Source: Tricharina praecox (taxonomy: Eukaryota). From it: a stretch of DNA of 64,000 bases. The notes beneath the pieces were generated by a model. That model ran no database searches, was not told the origin of the DNA, and was given only the letters and a program-made list of their open reading frames with translations. The stretch lies in contig NW_026250441.1 of the NCBI RefSeq assembly GCF_024521635.1, positions 124,001 to 188,000 of the forward strand, read 5' to 3'. Positions 51,463-62,030 of this stretch are shown piece after piece. Position 1 is the stretch's first letter; every line of letters begins with the position of its first letter. The translations under genes and the position numbers were made by a program.

Positions 51463-52200
51463 TGGAGCAGTGGCCGTCACAATTGATGAAGAACCATAGA
51501 ATTCACAGTGATAATAAAAGCATGAAAGATTCATAACGGAAACGCGCACAGTCGGCACATCGGAGGACAGATACGATGAAGCGCGGAAGTGCGCGTAGAC
51601 GCAACCTACACACCAAGAAATATGAAAGTGAGACTCCCAACACCCGAGCGGCCGTCAGAGAAAGTTACCCAAACCGGAGCACATCGCCCATCCAGAGAAG
51701 AATTTATCCCTAGCGCGCCCTAGTAGGGCCTATATTGCTGCGCGGCAGCCCTGTGTGCCTACCAGACCCTGTACAAACAGCGCTTGCCACATTGCTTGCT
51801 TGTCTGTCGAAGCCATCCGCCGGGGGTGGTGGTGGTTTTTTGGCATCAGCGATTGCGGGAGCACTAGATGTCACTCGGCACGTGGCACGGTATTCGCTGC
51901 TGGTTTTTTGAAGGGTAATCTTCATTGCTTTCGACTGCGCTAGATCATGCAAGCTTACATATCCGCTTCCACCCGGCTGTTACCCCTAGCCGGTGCCCGC
52001 GAGCTCGATACCGGTTCCATATTGCGCTGCGCCTTGCCCTCCCCGTAAGTCAACCCTCCCTGCTCCCTCCCCGTCCAACCATCTCCATTTAACCCGACAG
52101 AAAGAAAGAGTTACAAAGCCGGCGCTTTCTATCCATGATACGGGCTGGAGGCATTGTCGGTGTGTGTCCCATTCAATAGATACCGCCGGATCGCTAGTTG
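51463..52200. pseudogene. Scrambled dispersed copy of the 8-17 kb array unit
   Basis: 51463-51797 is the reverse complement of the ORF 3' half plus 3' region (KQCGKRCLYRVW*AHRAAAQQYRPY*, 51797-51720). 51810-51910 (+) matches the hairpin/T-run end of the Pol III cassette and the block after it. 52118-52200 (+) matches the promoter-like block at 14451-14535. Confidence 0.8.
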
Positions 52201-53683
52201 TGACATGTGGAACCCGGAACTTTCTCCCAGCTCCCCTCGCCGGTTGCGTGGCCTAGGTAAGAAGGATGTAGTTGACCTCTAGACCATTCCGTGATGGATA
52301 CTTGAATTCGAAGATTTTAAGGTGGTGGGGGCTCCGCTGCGCGGTGGTCAATAACGTAGGGGTAGAGTACACCATCACCGACGGAAAGTTAGATAGCTAG
52401 TATACCTATCCAGCAGTTCAACGTCAGCACAGGACGGACGTATTCCGCATCCCCAAATCCCCAAATCCCCAAATCCTCTTAGCCACCAACCGTAGGACCA
52501 TAAGATCGCGGGCAAATATCTAGTACATGACTATAGCTAGTACGTAGGTATATCTTCGCCCCCGGCTAAACGAGTGAGGGGACACCGCGCGGTCTCTGCT
52601 GCGCGACGCTGGCACCACAACGCAGTGGCCTCGATGCTCCCGTTCCTACATCCGGTACTTCCGGTGTCCGGACTCCGTGGAGATTCGCTTCGGCTAGTTC
52701 AGGTGCGATTTCTCGGTCTTGCTCCTGCCGCCCTCCTCGTTGTCAGGCCCACATCCAAAACAACCGAGTTGCATCGTCGGCGAGGTTACAAATATCTGCT
52801 CACGGTCAAGCAGGAGGCAGACGAAGTAGTAGCGGAAACCTAAAAGTGGCTTGCGGCTCGTTTCTACTACTTGAAAACAAGACATGTCGTGACTGGGAAA
52901 CATCTAGCATGGACCAAGAGCCCCGTCACAGCTCCGAACACGTAGTTAGCCATCTGCTGCTACCTAGGTGAGTGTCGCGAGGAGATCTTGGGGCGTCTCT
53001 GTGGCCTCAGCGGTACCGGTGTCCTCGCTGTTTGAAGAGTCCGCGTTGCCGAGTCAATCAGAAGCGAAGGATCTTGGGTTCCCGCGCCGCCATTTCTCTT
53101 CGCTCCCGTACGAGTCTACCACATGTTAACGAGGAACAGTGAGTCCTCCCACGCCCCCGACGACCACCGCGTAAAACGCAACTTGAAGGGGTTCCCTCCG
53201 CTTCCGCATTCAAAATCCATGCCGGGAGTGCTGAGAAAACGCGGGAGTTTGGTGTCCAGGAGGAGAGCCCGAGGTCCCGAACGGTTCCCGTTGCGTGAAC
53301 ACTGCCAACTCCACCGGGCCGTCAGTCACCGCCACCCAAGAAGGACCTCCAGTGGAAAGACACCTCGCCGCAGGAATTCATCTGCGTGGTCTCGTTTTCG
53401 ATTTTAGTTAATATGCATCTAGGCCACGGCTTAACTGAAAACTCGCAGCTGGCCTGTACGACTCCAGACGTGCTGCATAGTAGCGATACATTGGGCTGAA
53501 ATGAATGAAGTCGACAGCATCTCTTCAATCAAATCAAAGCGAAGCGATACAAAAGACACGAACCGCAAATCCCAGCTCTTCTTTCCCCGACTAGACAACA
53601 AAGACCGACTCGAAAGCACATCCGCGATGTAGAAAAAAGTAAATCAGCCATCAGTTGCCACCAATCACGTGCACTCACTCTAA

Positions 53684-55955
53684 CTACGCCAACCCAGCCC
53701 ACCCAGCGGACCACTCCCTCAACCTTTTGCCCCAAACATAAATAGGTATACCGATAAGCGCAAAACCACCAAATATACCAGCGTAGATTCCAAACGCGCC
53801 GTCGTATCCGCACGCATTGATGAAATCGACAATTTTAAAGTTCATGGCAAAACCGACGACGTTGCGGAGGGCGCAGACCATTACGAGAAGAGGACTATTT
53901 ATTGATATTTGTTAGTGAATGAGCCGAATAAGGGAGTGGGGTGTGTACCCTGCCCAGCGAGGGTAGCATTCAACTGCGTAGACCGAGAGGGAGGTGTTCA
54001 GTGAGAGAAACCCGAAATTGAGGAAAAATGCACCAAGTAGGGAGATCGCCCAATGGTACTGGTCGGTGTGGGCGCTGGACACTCCGTATATGACACTGCC
54101 GATAACGGTGAAGATTGAAGGGAGGATCAGGGAGGGGAGACGAGACTCGGGCTGGTAGAAGAATCAGTGCTGGAGTGCGGGCGATCAGGGAGCGAGAACT
54201 ACGTACCTCGTGGATACCGCCATTTTTCTTTGCCATATGCTTCGAGATCCAATCCATACCCCAGCCGGATAGAAAGAACGATAAAAAGCAGGCGGGTAGC
54301 ATCGCCAAGGTCGACAGCCCCAGATTATCTACAGTCCACGGCCCACCCTTCTCCCATACCATAAGGGGCTGTGCATAAGTCATTAAAGAACTGATCGATA
54401 TCGCGATACAGATCGAGTTCAAGATCACCACCCAGGCGATATTGGGAAGAAAAGCGGCTTTGAGCATATGTCGGTAGCAGGTCCAGCAGTTGGCCCAGTT
54501 GACGTTGCCGTGGGAAAACTTCATGTCATTTGCCCAGCTGCGTGGTTTGTACCCGCTGTCCGACCCAAGAGAGGGGGATCGCGCTACCATGTTGGTTGTG
54601 CTGTTGGTGTCGGTGACTTTGCCGATGACGCGGATGTTTCCGTACGCATCGGTATCGATGAGTTCGCCATCTATGGGAGTCAGCTAATGAATGCCAAACT
54701 AGTACTGCCAGGGGATACAGACCGATTTGCTGGATGGCACGAACATATCGTGTCTCCGGGACGAAGAAGATCATCATAACAGTTCCGAGTGCAGAGAGGA
54801 TGCCAAAGATTCCATAAAGCCACCTCCAGCCGACCATGTTGACGATCTTCGAAGACATAACTCCAAATAGGTAACTGATAGCCGCAGAGAAAGTCCACAT
54901 AGCCCCGATCGCCTATAAACATCAGGATCGCCCGCAAACGTCCTCGCCCGGGAAATCGGAATGGTACTTACGTTGCCTCTCTGATGAACGAAATAAACGT
55001 CATGCAGCACCAATGGACTCAACGACTCGAAACTTCCCGCACCAATTCCCATGACGCATCGCGCGGCCAGATGATGATCAAAGTTCTTCGAGAGCGCAGC
55101 CCAGATCATGCACGCAGTGGTGAGAGTCATCAGGATGCACAGGATTGCGCGGCGTCCAATTGCCAGGCAAAGGGGGACGGTGATAAAGTTGGACATGCCC
55201 ATGAAGAGGGAGGGAAGCGAGCCAAGAAGAGAAATGGTCGCGATTGATTTGTAGCCGCCTGGCGGAGGCTTGGTGAGGTCGATTCCGGGGGGAAGGTCCG
55301 GCATTGACATTCCGCCGAGCTGCCCTGCACGAGGAAGAAGGGAAAAGTCAAGGTCGATGCCAGAGGTTGAGCGGGCTTTGACTGCCGGACCAATGATTAC
55401 GGCAGGCTCTAGTATATTTTTAGCATAGATAATGATACGATTGATGGACCGGGATAGAAAACATGCCTCCCGTGTTCACAACCGCGGGTTTTGAGGAACC
55501 GGGAACGGGTGCGGACAATGCGGCCAACACTTCGACGGGATCTCCATACTGTAGCTGCAGGATAGGAATGATGCCACCGATACTTGCAACCGCGGTCAAT
55601 CCAGCGACACCATCTGTGTTGTATCATAGTTGGTAAGCCGTTGTAGTGCAGTTGGTAGGTGCCGGAAACTTACAAAGAATCATAGTGGCGAGGATCATAT
55701 GTTTCCTCCACATGGGGAGGTTAAGGGGATCTTTTTCAAGTTCGTCAGCTATCCGTATCATCATCACTGACCCCCACCACTGCGCATACCATTCGGATCA
55801 TCAGTTGGCACGGGAATGAGCCTCAAAGTATTGTTCTCATCGTACAGCCTAACGGTCCCTAGAGCCTGCTCTTTCAGCTGCTCAACAACCTCCGTATGGA
55901 CCGCCGTTGCGTCAAACTTCTCCATCGAGGAGCGATTCTTGCGGTGGCCACTCAT
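53684..55955 (-). CDS. Major facilitator superfamily transporter (DHA1/Hol1-like), multi-exon
   Basis: ORF segments LIPVPTDDPN|DPLNLPMWRK (intron 55789-55731), PLCLAIGRRAIL, ARCVMGIGAG...HDVYFVHQRG, GWRWLYG...FFVPETRY, KKNGGIHE|PESRL, RNVVGF...IYVWGKRLR are hallmark fungal MFS motifs. Not every internal splice site was resolved. Confidence 0.88.
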
Positions 55956-58862
55956 GTTTGCTTGTACGTACTGTCAGAAGAAGAAAATAGCGAAAGAGGA
56001 AATGCTTTTTATTTTCTCGTCAAGAGAATATTAGGAAGGCAAGAGAACGAACGGATGACTGGGGGTGCCGAAAGAGAATCGCCTTCCACTGGCTGCATTT
56101 TGAACTGTTGACTCGGACTATTCGGCTTTGCGGGGGCATGCATATTTAATCTGGGGGTGGCCATAGCCATGAGGTTTGACAGCGGCACTGGTGAACGGGT
56201 GGCAAAGATAGCTGGCAGCTTCTGAGAATGTACTCTGAGAGTTAATATGAAGGGAACCTGCACGTAGGAAAATCATCGGATCGTGTGGTTGAGATAGTGA
56301 TGGCTTTGGGTTCGGCTGTTTGAACTATAACCACGCATAGCATGGCCCGGACTGGAGACTGAATGGAGATATTGACTGTGGGAAGAGCTGGAGGATTCAT
56401 TAGCCATCACATACAGTAGTAGTTATAGATATTCAGAGTCAACTATTAAACTCTCGGTAACGCAGCAAGTTAAGGCGAGAACCTTTTATTCGCGTGTCAT
56501 CTAACGGTCATTACTATGTAACGATCTCGAGACGAAAACGTTCTTCAGACTCAGCGATCAGTTGTTTTGACGCCCGTCGCTCATCAACAGATTGCCATCA
56601 GCCTCTCCGAATGGACATTCAATTACTTCGCTGGCTCCCTCGTCTAGCTTGCAATTTCATCGCTTGCGCCGTGCGGCCACATTGGTTAACGTTCTGCAGG
56701 ACCTCCATGATCTGCCGGGCCCGCTTATCCAGAATTCTCGCCCCCGCTTTTATTGTACACACGGTATGACTGAATCTGTTATTCCGCGAGTACAATGTTT
56801 CTTCTGCAGTTTCGAGAAGGCTTTCAAGATAGAATCAACCCGAACATCCACACCTTACTCCCATCCCCAGCAACGGAAACACTACATGTTTAACATCTCA
56901 CGCCTTCCTACGACGACAACGTACTTAGAGGGATATCGCAACTACTTGCTTGCTGCCTGTACCAGTATATTCAACAGCCCTTGATGACGATGCCTGGCAG
57001 GGTTCGGCTACGGATCCGGTGCACAGGATTGCGACCGCAACCGCCGCCCGGAAGGTCGATGGGTGAGGTTGGGGAAGTACAAGATCACCTACTTGGGAGG
57101 CAGGCTCGGTTCGGCGGGGGATCGGTGATGATATGAAAGCGAATCTCGTCGTATGGAGGATTAACTCAGGGATCGATAGTATCGGCGAAACGTGGGGTGT
57201 TTTTCGCCGACTGGGTGCCAAGGTAGGTTTTGGGTTAGGTAAGTGATCGCTGGGAAGCGTGGTTTGCACTGCATGTCGGGATTTTAGTTTCTTCGAATGC
57301 CGGTCGGAGAGAGAAGGCGGAATTGCGCTGTGTAGATTCGTCTAAATGGAAGGGGGGATATGACATGAGGAACACTATTATCGCCTATATATCACCTCCC
57401 AACGGGTACACCTACCGGTAAAGTCGAAATTGAGCTTGGACGGGGCGCCACGCCAAACGCAGCATTTACGTTTGGCGACGGTCGACGGTCGACGACCGCA
57501 GTGTTTTCCCCGTTCAGTTTTAATGGATGGAGGTGGTGATGTGTAATTTGTACTGAGCCAGAAACGACTGAACGATGTTGCTTCGATTGCTATTAAGGAG
57601 TGGTTTGCAACCCCCGGTCGCAGCGCATGAATTGGTTCGCACCACTTTTAGATGATAGCGAATACTGCCACAGAAACAGTGCGCACGAAACACAAAGCGT
57701 CCGGCAAAACGAAACGCTTTTAGAGAAACTAGAGGTCATCGACATGGTAGAGCTTCCTTACGATCGCAACCTACATATCCAGCGGGGGGCCCCGCCGCCA
57801 CTGGCCAGAACGGGGCACGGTCGGCGAAATAAAAAGACCATTTCGGGTTTCAGAAGAAAGAAGCTGCACAGGAGTTGAAACGAGGGAGTAGACCATGATG
57901 AAACGAACGAAGTGCGGTTGTGGGAAAGCCGATACCGATGTAGTAGCCAGCCGCTTCCGCACTGAACATTCCCAGGCCCAGGCTTTTTGACACAGGACAG
58001 GACCGGGCTAGTCTGACAACTCATCGCCCCGGACGAGACCGTGTCGCCGGGCCCTCAATCGTCTTCCGTTCGGATGGACTGCTTCCAGGCCTACCCAAAG
58101 CTTTATGAATGCCCCATCGTCGGTCCATTCCAGATCACCAGTGGATGGCATCTTGTCGGGGGAACTTGTCATCACCGTTTGCCTCCAGCGCGTATTGAGG
58201 TCCTTCCGCGTTTGACTCGTTCTGACGGGGCGCCACGCTGGCGTTCCGCGAATCCGCGCCTTCATGTTCCCTTAGCTATGGCACTCTGCATGACGGTATC
58301 AGTACTGGAATCTCCGAGTCTCCCATGCGCTACCAATCTAGATGGTTCTGTGTATCCGCACACCCAAGAGCCGACCATCGCACTTGACCGAGAGTCCAGT
58401 CCAGAGCATGCCGGCGAGAATGCGCGAGTACGCGCAAGATTATGCCCGCGAGCTTGTCAGAGAGCTCTCCGGAGAGTATCCCCGAAAGTATGCCAGCGCA
58501 GGCATGGGAGTTTTCTGTCGGGACAGAACAGTGTTAGGGCCCGGTGACAGAGTGCCCTCCAGGGCGAGGATTTGCTGGACTAGAGCAGTCAGTATCCATC
58601 TGTTTCCCTCGACCAGACATTCGTTGGGATCCCCAAGGTACACGTCTTGTAACCTGGGTGTGACGTTGTTTGCTGGTCGGCCATGGGCAATGCGGTTCCT
58701 TCGAGAACTTCCATTGCACGTCCAGCGACGAGAAACTTTGGCACGCGACGACGAGAAATTCAATTGCACGCAACGGCGAGAACTTCTATTGCACCCCCGG
58801 CGACGAGAGGAGAAAGGAGGAGACAAGAAACTCTATCATATTTATGTACACAATTATAACTC

Positions 58863-59180
58863 TCAAGGCCTTCCGTGGTTCTTGAAAATTTCCTTCGGCA
58901 ATACATGTGTAAGAGGTTCAACAACTTCTATGACAACTTCCATCCAATTTTCCACTACCGTGCGATCATTTTCTTCATCGGTCCAACTTGCCTCCATCAT
59001 TTCATCTGCTGTGTGCAGCTGTTGCCTCAGTTACTCATCCAACTCTCTCAGTTGGAGAACACTTTTGAGACGGATAGTATCCGTCTGCGGTATCTCTTCA
59101 GGTACCACCAATACTCTCTCAACAGTCTTATAAATAACGAAGCATGTAGCTGCCATCGCTGTTGGGTAAGAACTTTCAAG
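58863..59180 (-). pseudogene. Possible terminal exon of a decayed gene of unknown family
   Basis: Acceptor-like CTAAT...CATAG| followed by 106 protein-like codons (LESSYPTAMAATCFVIYKTVERVLVVPEEIPQ...LDE*LRQQ...FKNHGRP*) with one internal TAA at 59033-59031. Confidence 0.3.
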
Positions 59181-59787
59181 CTATGGTCCAATTAGAAAAT
59201 ATGCCGGAATAGTAGAAGATGTTTCCGAGCAAATCTATAGAAAATTTGTAAAACATATTATTTATGAAAAGAAAGGAGCTTTGAATATGCCTGCAATGGC
59301 ATCTAAAAAGTCTCATCAAAGCTAGGTGTGCGTTTTCTAACTTCATAGATCTCTAGGGCGAGCAACTCTTGGATGGGTCTGGAAATTCACAAATTTTCAG
59401 ATACTTTGTATACTGAACCTATAGGTGATTGGCACAGAAGTCATTTTGTGCCTTCTTCGCTTTTGCATTGCGGTGCTCTGCTTGTCGCATTATGCGGGAC
59501 TGGAACAGTTTCGGCACGTCAGAGTTGTGAGACTGAAACGGTTTCGGGATGTCAGAGTATTGATTGATATCGAGTATAGAATAAAAGTGAGGGATTTCGA
59601 TAGTTCACAGCGGCATAATTTTGAGGGGTATCGTCGGTAGTTGTTCAGTGTTCTGGTTGTGCTGGTGTTGAGTTTTTCCGTGACACTAGTCCAGCAACCA
59701 TATAGTCTACACCTACACCTAAGCACGTGATCGGAAAACTGTGTCGTAGGGAACTCTGTTGCAAATGCCCTTTGGGTGATGCTCTGG

Positions 59788-60240
59788 TGTAACAGAACGG
59801 TCGGGCTGGACTCCAGGTAGCGGAGATGGGTGGGTAGGTGAACAGGAACTGGGTTGGACAAGGGCGAGGCAAGATTGGGAGAGGAGGCAAGACAGGACTC
59901 AGTGCAGATGGCAACCGAGAAACAAGGGTGAAGACAGGAACTACGGCACAGATGGCAGCTGAGGTGAGAACTGAGGTAACAGTGATTGAATCAACAAGCT
60001 GTTGCGTGAAGAACTAAGTACACAGAGGCGACGGCCCATTTATATAGCAGAACCTTCACTTCTTCCCGCAACGTGACAATGACCGTGGGTGTGTGCCACT
60101 CCCTGGGAAATACACCTGGCCATCACCCCGCTTCAGTGACTCATACCCTTCGCAGTCGGACTAACCCTGCTTCCTGCACACAGCTCCAATCCTCTGCGAC
60201 TCACTCCTGCGCTATCACTGCTCCTTGCAAACAGCCCCAA
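59788..60240 (-). mobile_element. Older, interrupted LTR of the same Ty3/Gypsy family in opposite orientation
   Basis: Begins TGTAACAGAACGGTCGGGC, the reverse complement of an LTR 3' end like GCCCGACCGTGCCGTTACA (60782-60800). Aligns inverted to 60352-60800 including the TATA box. Lacks about 110 bp of the LTR 5' end. Confidence 0.85.
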
Positions 60241-60800
60241 TGTCACGGCTCGCGATGGAATGGCGAAGGGAGGGTCGGCACAAGGATCGGGAGAGTTGGG
60301 GGGCAGTGCAGAGGCAGTGCACCGGCAGTGCAAGGATGAGTCGCAGAGGATTTGGGGCTGTGTGTAGGGAGCAGGGATAGCGGAGCAATCAGTCGCAGGA
60401 GATTGGGGCTGTGTGCAGGAAGCAGGGGTAGTGCGGCTGCGCAGGGTATGAGTCACGGAAGTGGGGGTACTTGCAAGGTGGATTTCTCAGGGTCTGGCAC
60501 ACGCCCACGGTCATTGTCAGGTTGCGGGAAGAAGTGGAGGGTTTCCTATATAAACGGGCCGTTGCCCCTCTGTACTTAGTTCATCACGCAACAACTTGTT
60601 AATTCAATCACTGTTACCTCTGTCCTTGCCTCGGCTGCCGTCTGCGCCGTAGTCCTTGTCCCTGCCTCTGTTCTCAGTTGCCGTCTGCACTGAGTCCTGC
60701 CTCACCTTGTCCCCTGAACCCGTCTTGCCTCTACCGAACCCAGAACCCGATCCCCAGCCCGGCTTCGCTACCTGGAGCCTTGCCCGACCGTGCCGTTACA
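60241..60800 (+). mobile_element. 5' LTR (560 bp) of Ty3/Gypsy retrotransposon
   Basis: Termini TGTCACGG...CCGTTACA. TATATAAA at 60547-60554. About 51-bp-period direct repeat in U3 (60339-60431). gag ATG 40 bp downstream. Confidence 0.88.
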
Positions 60801-60839
60801 CTTTGTTGCGTCCCCTATCTCTCCACCTAGCGAACTACC

Positions 60840-62030
60840 ATGGCCACCAACACTCAGGTACCCGGCGTCCCCCAGCAGGACAAAGTACCAGTGGCACCCC
60901 CCTTCTACCGAGAAATTCCTGCCGCTATCTACGAACAACTCGAGATCATCGTCAATCATGATGTACCCGCCGATGATGCAACCCTGATGGGGTTGTACAA
61001 TGAATTCAGAATCCTCACCCGCGCAATCACCCAGTCCCCAATAGCCGTACCGACCTGGCGATTCGACGACCTTGAAGAACAACTTGCTGACGCCCGCCGC
61101 ATCGCCAACCGCCTCGCAACCGTCGAAACCCAACCTCCAAGACGCGCTGAGCGCGTCCCAGAGCCAGCCATGTTCGACGGAACACGCGAGAAACTGGAAG
61201 GGTTCGTTGCGCAACTTTGACTCAAGCTGTACAGCGACCCAGCCCGTTTCCCAATTCCAGCACTCCGAATGGCCTATGCCTTCAACCGCTTGGAAGGCCG
61301 CGCCCAAGCCCAGATCCTGCCGTACATCGAGAATCACAACATCACCCTCACCGACGCTGATGCGATCATCACACTCCTGAACAACGCATTTGGTGACCCT
61401 GACCCAGCGGCCACCGCTCGAGCCAAGCTACACCACTTGAAACAAGGCAATAAGGAGTTCATCTCCTACTTTGCGGAATTCCAGATGCTTGTCTCCAAGC
61501 TCAATTGGGACGAGCATGCGAAACCTGACGCGCTGCGAGAAGGAGTATCCATCGAACTCCACCATCAACTTGTGGGCCGTACTCAGGGCCTCAACTACGA
61601 TGAGTTTGTGGCACTCTGTCAACGCCTTGACTCCGAGCCGCGTGCCCTCCAACTTCGTGAGGGACGCCGCACCACCAACCCCCCTCGGCAGAGTAGCGCC
61701 CCACACCCAACGGCTCCGCTCAGGCACACCACCTACAACACCATGCCCGCGACGACCACTGCCACAGGAACGGCCCCCGGAGCCATGGACTTGAGTGCCA
61801 ATAGCCGCAGGATCCCAGACCAAGAGCGTGCTGCCCGACTCCGCGAAGGCCACTGCCTGTACTGTGGGGGAAGTGGCCACATGGCCAGGCACTGCCCCAA
61901 CAAGAACCGAAATCCGTTCCGAGCAGCTGTGGCCCGGCTGGAGTCAGCCCAGCCCACCAACACCACCCCAACTCACACCTATCACAACTGCAACCAGGAT
62001 TGCGGCGAGACCTCCCAGCAGTCGGGAAAA
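60840..62030 (+). pseudogene. gag: Ty3/Gypsy gag with in-frame TGA at 61218-61220; end drawn at the frameshift site
   Basis: PEPAMFDGTREKLEGFVAQL*LKL, YAFNRLEGRAQ, LKQG...YFAEF capsid motifs, PGAMDLS, CCHC knuckle CLYCGGSGHMARHC, ending SGKA. The stop is consistent with CGA>TGA. Confidence 0.88.

Noticed and set aside
52570..53400. Possible structured ncRNA or degraded gene
   Set aside because: No RNase P/MRP, SRP or snRNA conserved motifs found on either strand, and all frames are interrupted.
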